Assembly: GCA_963664875.1 (NCBI GenBank)
Contig: OY761611.1
Span: forward strand, 1,216,001 to 1,280,000
From: Candidatus Kapaibacterium sp.
GTDB lineage: Bacteria > Bacteroidota > Ignavibacteria > Kapaibacteriales > UBA2268
Reading direction: 5' to 3'
DNA length: 64,000 bases
The notes under the pieces were generated by a model. It saw only the letters and a list, made by a program, of their open reading frames with translations. It was not told the DNA's origin and searched no databases. Positions within the stretch are counted from its first letter, which is position 1, and each line of letters starts with the position of its first letter. Positions 48,131 through 56,001 of this stretch are shown here, piece by piece. The translations under genes and the position numbers were made by a program.

Positions 48131-49345
48131 ATGAGGAAATACTTATTACTCTTATGTTTTTTTACGGTAGCATATTTTGCTCAGGCAGATTTAACTTACA
48201 AAGCAAAAGTTACTTCCGGGCTTTTCTCAGGAGCTCAATTTTACAATAGAGAAAACCTCGAAGACAGATTGCTTAATCCTAACGAAGATGCTTACAGATG
48301 GTACAACCGTATAGCACTACAAAGCACTTATGACAGATTTTCTGTTAACTTTAATGCTATTCGTAGTGATTATCTTGACTTTGACGGAGTCAAACCTTAC
48401 TTCCCTCGAAATGAAATTAACGAAACTAAAATGTATCAGGCTTATGCTCAGTATAAGTTCGATGACGGTAATATCAAATTAGGTAGAGTAATGCCGTTTT
48501 CAAGATGGTATTTTAGCTCTGTCGATGGCGGTTCTTTTGATTATCAGGTCAATTCCAATTTTTCTGTAAGTGCTTTTGCAGGTAGTGATGTAGATTACGG
48601 TCTTTTTGTTGATGATGACAACAGAAAAGCCGTTGGCTACACAGAAATTGCCTATCGCGAGCAAAATTATGGCGGTAAAGTAAAATACTTGTACGCTAAC
48701 GAAGAATCTAAACTTGGAACTGATTTGTTTTTTAGAACAGATAAGCATCGTGTAGCTGCAAACATTGGTTATGATGCGACTAACTCTCGCCTATTTGATG
48801 CAGGTTTAGGATATTTTGCTTACTTAACACCTGAGCTTAATGTTTCTGCTAATTACTTACGTACAATTCCTATCAGCTGGAGCTATAAATTCTATTCCGA
48901 ATATATAGACAGAGTTCAGATTGGAATCAGCTATGATTTAGGTAAAAACTATACAGTATCTTTAAAACAGATGCTTGGTCTTGCTGATGGTAATTCAAAC
49001 TATTTGACTTATCTCTATCTCACTCATAAATACTTTTATGTAGGTTTAAATTATTTATCAGGCGATATGGAAGCAGAACGCTTAGCTATCACTTGTGGCG
49101 GACAGTATTCCCCTATGGATAACTTAATGCTTCAAGCCGGTATAGCTTCTGTAGATCATATGTTTGATAATTTTTACTATAAAGACGAACAAACATATTC
49201 TTCGTACTTCAAAGTAAGATACAAAGCACTGGACTATTTAAACCTTGCTGCCTACGCAAACTACTACCACCAAAATTCTATGTTTGATAACAAATGGCGT
49301 GGCGGTCTGACTGCCCAACTTATACTCGCAGGAGGTGGGAAATGA
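48131..49345 (+). CDS. Putative outer-membrane beta-barrel (porin of a porin-cytochrome complex)
   Basis: Signal peptide (AQA-D), Tyr/Phe/Gly-rich alternating beta-strands, no heme motifs, lies between two multiheme genes and overlaps the next gene (ATGA). Confidence 0.75.
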   Translation: MRKYLLLLCFFTVAYFAQADLTYKAKVTSGLFSGAQFYNRENLEDRLLNPNEDAYRWYNRIALQSTYDRFSVNFNAIRSDYLDFDGVKPYFPRNEINETKMYQAYAQYKFDDGNIKLGRVMPFSRWYFSSVDGGSFDYQVNSNFSVSAFAGSDVDYGLFVDDDNRKAVGYTEIAYREQNYGGKVKYLYANEESKLGTDLFFRTDKHRVAANIGYDATNSRLFDAGLGYFAYLTPELNVSANYLRTIPISWSYKFYSEYIDRVQIGISYDLGKNYTVSLKQMLGLADGNSNYLTYLYLTHKYFYVGLNYLSGDMEAERLAITCGGQYSPMDNLMLQAGIASVDHMFDNFYYKDEQTYSSYFKVRYKALDYLNLAAYANYYHQNSMFDNKWRGGLTAQLILAGGGK

Positions 49346-50241
49346 AAATTTTTCAGATAATCATTAGCTCAGTCGCTCTGCTATCTGTGGTACTTATGGG
49401 CATATATAGCTCAAACATGACTGCTGACGATACAGTAAAAAGCTGGGAGTCGGATTTGATTTTTTCTCATGCAAAACATGTGATTGAAAACGAACTCGCC
49501 TGCGAAACTTGCCATGCTGATGCTGCAAATTCGGAAACAGGTAATGACGATTTGCTTCCTAAGGAAGAAACTTGTATCACTTGCCATGAGAAAACTGAAG
49601 AATCTTGTGTGATGTGTCATACTAATCCGAAAAATCCAAAAATCATGCCTCGGATTACTGACTATTCTCAAAAGTTTAGCCATAAACAACACATAGACAA
49701 AGGTGCTGACTGTAACTCATGCCATACTGATATTGCTAAAAAAGACAAGGTTGCTAAACCTAACTTACCTGATATGCACAAATGTATGACTTGCCACGAA
49801 ACTCCGGAAGAAACTAAAGAATGTTATATCTGTCATGATCAGGATTATAATCTAATTCCAAAAGATCATACTGAAATGTGGCTCGATAATCACTCTAATT
49901 TTGTGGAAGCGGAAGGCAACAAATGCCAAACTTGCCATCAGGAACAGTATTGTATGGATTGCCATAGAGGCGAAAACCTCTTTAACAATTCTCACCCTCC
50001 TCATTTTATGGCTACTCACTCTATGAGCTATCTAATGAGAGAGTCTAACTGCCAATCATGCCACGAAGGTCTGGAATCTTGTAGAGAATGCCACATGGAA
50101 ATAAACTATGTCATTCCTCCTGATCATATGCCATCTACCTGGATCGGCGAACATATGTTCTCCGGAAAAATCAATGCTGATAAGTGCGTTGTTTGTCACA
50201 GGAAAGATGAGCCTCGTTGTATGGATTGTCATACTAAATAA
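49342..50241 (+). CDS. Dodecaheme cytochrome c (c3/c7-type repeats)
   Basis: GGAGGT RBS, N-terminal hydrophobic segment, FSH..H c7-type motifs and 12 CxxCH in 299 aa. Confidence 0.92.
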   Translation: MKIFQIIISSVALLSVVLMGIYSSNMTADDTVKSWESDLIFSHAKHVIENELACETCHADAANSETGNDDLLPKEETCITCHEKTEESCVMCHTNPKNPKIMPRITDYSQKFSHKQHIDKGADCNSCHTDIAKKDKVAKPNLPDMHKCMTCHETPEETKECYICHDQDYNLIPKDHTEMWLDNHSNFVEAEGNKCQTCHQEQYCMDCHRGENLFNNSHPPHFMATHSMSYLMRESNCQSCHEGLESCRECHMEINYVIPPDHMPSTWIGEHMFSGKINADKCVVCHRKDEPRCMDCHTK

Positions 50242-50242
50242 T

Positions 50243-50281
50243 AAAAAAATAGGCAGCTTCGATTAGTTGCCTATTTTTTTT
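50243..50281. terminator. Bidirectional terminator
   Basis: AAAAAAATAGGCAGC-loop-GTTGCCTATTTTTTTT. Confidence 0.85.
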
Positions 50282-50367
50282 ACTGAAAGAGTAAGAAAAA
50301 GTTTGCAGTCAAAAAAACTGCGTACCAAGTTGCTATTATAATAAGTATGTAAAAATTATCAGATACT

Positions 50368-50769
50368 CTATCCCTTGATATGAATTAGTGCTTTTCTTAG
50401 CGTATCAGGGAGATTTACTGCCCGCCGATCAGTATTACTTAAACAGATATGATTGGTACGTGCGATTACTGCAATAGAGTCTTTGCTGTAAACCTGATAT
50501 TCAAGTTTATATTTGAAATCACTGATTTCAATGCAGAAAATGCGTATAATGATATCATCTCCTGCGTAAAGCGGGGCTTTGTAAGATGCTTCCGTATGCA
50601 AAATCGGTAAGATAACCCCTGAGCTATCCAAAATAGATGTAATAGGAAAATCAGCAGTTTCTAAAAAATACTCATAAGCCCTATGGATTATGTTAAAAAT
50701 CTTTGCATAAAACATGACACCGGCGGCATCAGTATCTTCGAAGAAAATCTTAGTTCTGTGTTCAAACAT
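50368..50769 (-). CDS. Hot-dog acyl-CoA thioesterase (4HBT type)
   Basis: FEDTDAAGVMFY...HRAYE and Y.APL..GD motifs. Confidence 0.85.
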   Translation of the reverse strand: MFEHRTKIFFEDTDAAGVMFYAKIFNIIHRAYEYFLETADFPITSILDSSGVILPILHTEASYKAPLYAGDDIIIRIFCIEISDFKYKLEYQVYSKDSIAVIARTNHICLSNTDRRAVNLPDTLRKALIHIKG

Positions 50770-52436
50770 TATATCACCTTTACTCCAATTAGTGTTATAT
50801 CGTCAAATTGTTGTGTTCCAATTGCAAATTGCTGGACATCCTCGACAATAATTTTGAGCATTTCTTCAACAGGGAATTTCCGAATATCCCGAACCAATTC
50901 CTGAAGCCTTTCATCTCCATATTCAAGATTAGAAGTATTGAGTGCTTCGGTAATTCCGTCTGTAAACATGCAAATCACAGAATCTTGTTCTAATTTGACT
51001 ACCGCCTGCTCATATTCGAAAGGGTCGTCCATAAAGCCCAAAATCAAACCACCTGCGGTTAGATGCTCTATATGCAAATCTGAATGTAGAATGAACGGCG
51101 GATTGTGTCCGGCGTTGATGTACTCAAAAGTTTTGTGCTCAGAATCTAATATACCCATGAAAAAGGTAACAAATTTATCTGAGGAAGTATTCAAATAAAC
51201 GATTTTGTTGAGACGTTGTACTATTTCTCTAAGAGGAAGCCCCAAAGGAGCAATAACTCTAAGTGCAGCCTGAACATTAGCCATCAGCAATGCGGCAGGC
51301 ATACCTTTTCCGGAAACGTCAGCAATGGCAACAATAGTTCGATTCTCATCCAGCTTAATAAAATCGTAATAGTCGCCACCTACATGTCTTGACGGCAAAC
51401 TTATGCCATGTATTTCAAAATATTTTACATTTGGTACATTTTTAGGTAATAAATTTTTCTGAATATCGAGAGCCAGATTAAGTTCGTTCTCTAATTTTTT
51501 CTTTTCTATTTCCTCTTTAAATAACCTCTCAGACTCTAAAGTGGAAATTGCTGTATTGCCAAGGGCTTCTATAAATTGTAGGTTTTCGTCAGTGAACTCA
51601 CTACCATTCATTTTTTTTCCAATAACAAGCAGTGCTTTGGGATTTCCCTGAATGAACATAGGAGCTATGACATTGATATTATATTTTTTGCAATATTCAG
51701 TGAAATTTTCTCCGAAATTGGAATTATTGCAGACAACCGGCTCCTTTATTCTTGTCATTCTATTCAAAAATGAAATATCTTCCAGCTCTTCAAATCTATT
51801 GATATAAGCATCTTCAATCTTATTGTTTTCGATTTGGAAAATGGCAAATCTATTTACCATTAGTTGTCCCATCAGATGAAAAGACAGCATTTTTATTATT
51901 TCTTTTTTCGACAAAAGGTTGCTAAAATCGCGGGACATTTCAAACAGCGTAGTCAAAAGCTGATTTCTTTGTTCGATTGTAATCTTCTCTTGAATAAGAG
52001 ATTGCTGATGTTCCGCATTTTGAAGTGCATTGGCAGATATAGTGCAGACAAGTCTTGCATATTTTTCTTCTTCCCCGGATAGTTCGGTACCTAAAAGTCT
52101 ATCGCCCAAGCATATAAAAGCAAAGATTTTTTCACGATATTCCACAGGAAAAACAAATCGGATATTATACTGCTCTAAAGTAGTACGAAGGGTGGAATAA
52201 TCCCCCATACATTTTTCAATGTCAAACTCTAAGTAATCTGGAGTAAATTTCCCTTTGCTCAGGTATAATTTTAGTCCTTTGTTGTTTGGCACAAGCACCC
52301 CTGCCCTCAGCACTTTGAGTTTTCCCATAAGCGAGAGCAAAGTAGAATTTAAGATAAATTCTTTGCTGTGGGTTTCGTTGAGCCTGGCACTCAGTTCGAG
52401 TAAAGATTCAAGATTTATAATTACATTATGTTGCAT
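50769..52436 (-). CDS. GAF-domain PP2C/SpoIIE (RsbU-like) phosphatase
   Basis: IQKNLLP, VGGDYYD, IADVSGKG, INAGHNPP, FTDGITEA and DDIT motifs, preceded by two GAF-like regions. Confidence 0.92.
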   Translation of the reverse strand: MQHNVIINLESLLELSARLNETHSKEFILNSTLLSLMGKLKVLRAGVLVPNNKGLKLYLSKGKFTPDYLEFDIEKCMGDYSTLRTTLEQYNIRFVFPVEYREKIFAFICLGDRLLGTELSGEEEKYARLVCTISANALQNAEHQQSLIQEKITIEQRNQLLTTLFEMSRDFSNLLSKKEIIKMLSFHLMGQLMVNRFAIFQIENNKIEDAYINRFEELEDISFLNRMTRIKEPVVCNNSNFGENFTEYCKKYNINVIAPMFIQGNPKALLVIGKKMNGSEFTDENLQFIEALGNTAISTLESERLFKEEIEKKKLENELNLALDIQKNLLPKNVPNVKYFEIHGISLPSRHVGGDYYDFIKLDENRTIVAIADVSGKGMPAALLMANVQAALRVIAPLGLPLREIVQRLNKIVYLNTSSDKFVTFFMGILDSEHKTFEYINAGHNPPFILHSDLHIEHLTAGGLILGFMDDPFEYEQAVVKLEQDSVICMFTDGITEALNTSNLEYGDERLQELVRDIRKFPVEEMLKIIVEDVQQFAIGTQQFDDITLIGVKVI

Positions 52437-52450
52437 ATAGGTACGTACAT

Positions 52451-53479
52451 CTAATCATTAAGTGGGTAAATATAGTCAATATTACGGTCAAATTCTAAAA
52501 CAGTTGCTATCTTCTGTGTTTTTAAATCTAATAAATGGATGGTTCTGTTTTGCCCGTTTTCCAAAGGCAAAATCCCTTCGCCTTTATAGGTATCCCAAAG
52601 CATAGATTTATAATCCAATGCACTGATAATAGCAATGCTATTGGAAAACTTCAAATTGTAGCGAAAAATACCATCGTTAGTAGAAATGATAGCAAAAGAC
52701 AAATCCGTAATCAATAAACCGTTCGGAATTTGCTTATCGGCAGTAAGTTGATTGCGTTCGATATTTATAGTTTCTACATTTGAGAACTTTTCTCTTTCGT
52801 AAATACTTAATTTCGCAGCACCGACAGATGCTTTATCAAATTTGCCGCTACCGGCACAAGCAACAATTAAGTAATCTTTATCATCGAAATATTCAATGCA
52901 TACAGGTGCATTTTCTGTCTTTTTCTCGCCAATCTTAACATCTGTTCTTGTATCATAGATATCGATTCTGTTTGCTATAGTGTTGCAGACATACAAATTG
53001 GTACCGTAGTAGTTCATATCAAAAGCAGACTCGCTTTCTTCTATAGTTTTTACGAACTTATTATTTGCAATGTCAAATACAGCAATCTTGCCTGACAGAC
53101 CTGAAGAAATATAAGCAGAACTTGCATTAGGGAAAACAATATCCGAATGTCTGTCAAACGTGCTTTCAAGATTAGCATCTGCAACTATTTGCTTAGTTTC
53201 GTTGTTTAAGACAAGTAATCTGCCTGATTGGGTCACAACATAAGACTTATCGAAAAAAGAGCGGACACAGACGACAGAATCTCCGGAAGTAAGCATTTCT
53301 GAGTCATTGTAGTCTATCGTGAGCCAATTTTTTTTATTTGCATCGTATATTGACAAATTGCTGCTACCAGCTTCATATACTAAATAATTCCTTTCGCGTT
53401 GTGGCGCCGGAATAACATTATCATCTACAGTGCAGGAGTATATCATAAAAGCCGAAATTACAAGCAAGATATATTTCAT
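52451..53479 (-). CDS. YncE-like beta-propeller lipoprotein
   Basis: Lipobox IYS-C-TVDD. Repeated blade motifs (AYIS..SGKIAVFD, LYVCN...NRIDIYD). Confidence 0.65.
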   Translation of the reverse strand: MKYILLVISAFMIYSCTVDDNVIPAPQRERNYLVYEAGSSNLSIYDANKKNWLTIDYNDSEMLTSGDSVVCVRSFFDKSYVVTQSGRLLVLNNETKQIVADANLESTFDRHSDIVFPNASSAYISSGLSGKIAVFDIANNKFVKTIEESESAFDMNYYGTNLYVCNTIANRIDIYDTRTDVKIGEKKTENAPVCIEYFDDKDYLIVACAGSGKFDKASVGAAKLSIYEREKFSNVETINIERNQLTADKQIPNGLLITDLSFAIISTNDGIFRYNLKFSNSIAIISALDYKSMLWDTYKGEGILPLENGQNRTIHLLDLKTQKIATVLEFDRNIDYIYPLND

Positions 53480-53716
53480 ATCAAATCCAAATTTTGTGTG
53501 TCAAAAAAGTTTATACCTATATATAATAATAAAACAGGAAAAAGTTACACAATTATTTTCAAAAGATAAGAAAAAACGAAAAAAAGTTATTTGTTTGCTT
53601 TCTCGTCTTTAGTTTCAGGGCACTAAACGAACATTTTTGTGATTTGAGTGTATTGTCTTTTAGTTTAGGTGCTAATTCTGTAATTTTGTCAAATCGAAAA
53701 ACACAGCGGTATTCAA

Positions 53717-54712
53717 ATGAAAGAAAAAATAACTATACATCCTTACGAAGAGAAATACAGACAGGAATGGGAAGATTTTGTAGAGTCTTCGAATAATGGC
53801 ACAATGTTCCATCTGCAACAGTTTTTAGATTACCACACTCCGGGTAGGTTCGAGTTTTTTAATCTTATGTTCCGCAAAGGCGACAAACTAATAGCAGTTC
53901 TCCCAGGAGGATTGAAACAAGATGGTACCGTTTACTGGTCACCCGTTGGAGCGAGCTATGGTTCGATAGTAACTCAGGACATTTCATTCGAATTGTCTTT
54001 GGAAATCGTAGATGCCTTTATGGATTATTGCCGCACCAACGGAATCAAAGAAGCATATTTGATACCGCCTCCGATAGTTTATACAAAAAACTACTCCCAG
54101 CATTTAGAATATGCAATGCTCTATCGCAAATTTGATTTCGAATTACACTATATTTCGCATGCAATAGATTTGAAACATGGCGATAATTTTTTGGAACACT
54201 TTGACAAAACTGCGAGAAAGACCTGCAGGAAAATATTACGAGAAGGCAAGATTAGAATCGAAGAAAGTGAAGATTATGAAACATTTAACGATATTTTGCT
54301 TTCAAACAAGGCAAGGCATGATGTGAAACCTACACATTCTCTTGAGGATATGCTTGTCATAAAAAATACTATGCCTGACAAAGTTCGCTTGAATATTGTT
54401 TATTATGAAGACAAGCCAATAGCAGGTTCATGGCTCTTCTTAGCAAACAGCAAAGTCGTGCTATGCTTCTATAATATGCTTTATTACGAATACGAACATC
54501 TTAAACCTGTTTATCTGATTATGTATGAAACTGTTCGTTGGGCTATAGAGAATGGGTATGAATGGGTTGATATCGGGGTTTCTCAAGATACAAAAGCATT
54601 AGATCCTATGACTCCTTCGATTAACCTGATAAACTTCAAAGAGAGATTCGACGCAAGGGGTATTCTAAGAAGCACTTACCACTATGATTTTACAAAAGAA
54701 AATAATCAGTAA
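53717..54712 (+). CDS. GNAT/FemAB-like acyltransferase
   Basis: WEDFV..SNNGTMFH...FLDYH, ASYG, WAIENGYEWVDIG and FKERFDA motifs. Confidence 0.8.
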   Translation: MKEKITIHPYEEKYRQEWEDFVESSNNGTMFHLQQFLDYHTPGRFEFFNLMFRKGDKLIAVLPGGLKQDGTVYWSPVGASYGSIVTQDISFELSLEIVDAFMDYCRTNGIKEAYLIPPPIVYTKNYSQHLEYAMLYRKFDFELHYISHAIDLKHGDNFLEHFDKTARKTCRKILREGKIRIEESEDYETFNDILLSNKARHDVKPTHSLEDMLVIKNTMPDKVRLNIVYYEDKPIAGSWLFLANSKVVLCFYNMLYYEYEHLKPVYLIMYETVRWAIENGYEWVDIGVSQDTKALDPMTPSINLINFKERFDARGILRSTYHYDFTKENNQ

Positions 54713-54739
54713 AAAGCTGATATTTGCAATAATTGCAAA

Positions 54740-54775
54740 AAAGCCGGATAGATCTGAAACAATCTATCCGGCTTT
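54740..54775. terminator. Bidirectional terminator
   Basis: AAAGCCGGATAGAT/ATCTATCCGGCTTT 14-bp stem between convergent genes. Confidence 0.8.
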
Positions 54776-54782
54776 GTTATTT

Positions 54783-55877
54783 TTACTCATATTTTACTAT
54801 TCTCAAAGAAACTGTCTTGTCTGATGAGTATTTTTCACGATTAGCAGAGCGACACTCTTTTGGATTAGAGTTGAATGCTCCTCCTCTTATTACCCTGTCA
54901 TTACCCGTTTCCGGACCAGAAGGGTTTACAAGGTCATTTTCGTCGTAAGGGGCATAGTAGTCCCAACATAATTCCCAAGCATTGCCAAGCATATCATAAA
55001 TGCCGTAATTATTGGGCTTTTTCCTTGCAAATGGTTTTGTGTACTCCCATTTATCAAGATATAAAGAGTTGGAATTGCCACAGTACCAAGCCAAGTCGTT
55101 TAAAGTTGCATCCAATTCTTCGCAAGTTTCGTTTGTAATATTTCCTGCATAAGTATCCTGATTATAGCTTTCAGCTCTGCAAGCCATCTCCCATTCTGCT
55201 TCCGTTGGCAGCCTGTAACCTTTAGCCGATTTATTCCAAACAACCTGATCCCCGGTTATTTCATAAACAGGGGTCAAATTTTCTTTTTCTGACATTTTGT
55301 TGCAAAAGCGGCATGCCTCTACAAAAGAGATATTTTCTACAGGCAAACTGTCATGCTTGAAGTTAGAATTATTATATCTCATAAAGTATCTCCAAAGTGC
55401 CTGATTTACTTCGGTGACACTAACGGAAATAGCTTTCTGCATAGCTATTTTGCGAACAGGCTGTTCGTCGGCTTCAGCATACTTTGTAGTATCCCCCATA
55501 TATAGAGTATCGAGGAAAATTGGTTTCATAGTAATAGATGTCGGCATTGATGTAAACATCTGACCATTGCTTGTGTATTCATATACTTTTACTTTAACCT
55601 CAGAAGAGACAACTCCTTCAGGCACAACGATTTTGATTATATTGTTTGACCATGACAGGTACTCTTTTACTATAATGTCTTTTATTCTAACAACATTAGT
55701 ATCCTGATAATCACCAAATCTAATGCCTTCGATGGTCATAGTGTCGCCGGGCACACCAATATTGGGATATATAGAAGAAATAATCGGCAATTCGTCCTCT
55801 CTCAGAGGATTTTCCGAATCAAAGCATGAACTTAGAGCAAAAACACAAAAAAGTGCTATACCGAGTAGTCTTATCAT
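54783..55877 (-). CDS. Lipoprotein with IPT/TIG domain and FGE-sulfatase (SUMF1-like) domain
   Basis: Lipobox LSS-C. P.ISSIYP...GDTMTIEG..FG...WS...I...VP (IPT). TEV, LPVENIS, YRLPTEAEWE, NNYGIYDMLGNAWE and RVIRGG motifs. Confidence 0.88.
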   Translation of the reverse strand: MIRLLGIALFCVFALSSCFDSENPLREDELPIISSIYPNIGVPGDTMTIEGIRFGDYQDTNVVRIKDIIVKEYLSWSNNIIKIVVPEGVVSSEVKVKVYEYTSNGQMFTSMPTSITMKPIFLDTLYMGDTTKYAEADEQPVRKIAMQKAISVSVTEVNQALWRYFMRYNNSNFKHDSLPVENISFVEACRFCNKMSEKENLTPVYEITGDQVVWNKSAKGYRLPTEAEWEMACRAESYNQDTYAGNITNETCEELDATLNDLAWYCGNSNSLYLDKWEYTKPFARKKPNNYGIYDMLGNAWELCWDYYAPYDENDLVNPSGPETGNDRVIRGGAFNSNPKECRSANREKYSSDKTVSLRIVKYE

Positions 55878-56001
55878 TTATCTTCCTTTAATCATTTCTC
55901 TAACTGACAAAGATATGCAATCCGATATAAACTTATATCAAATTTATACTTTGTTACTACAATTTTGCTAATTAGGAGTTCAAATATACTGATTTTTTTT
56001 A

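Noticed and set aside
49294-49341. Longer N-terminus of the dodecaheme ORF given in the ORF track (also the extended starts of ruvC, nuoC, 6773 and 61534)
   Set aside because: These extensions overlap neighbouring genes or precede the conserved N-terminus. Downstream starts have better RBS or motif support.
40961-50241. In-frame TGA selenocysteine or stop-codon readthrough in the cytochrome island
   Set aside because: All ORFs are continuous and end at plausible positions. The candidate site is a TGT Cys codon.
54783-55877. FGE/C-type-lectin-fold lipoprotein as a diversity-generating retroelement target
   Set aside because: No reverse transcriptase and no second copy (template repeat) of its 3' end were seen in the window.
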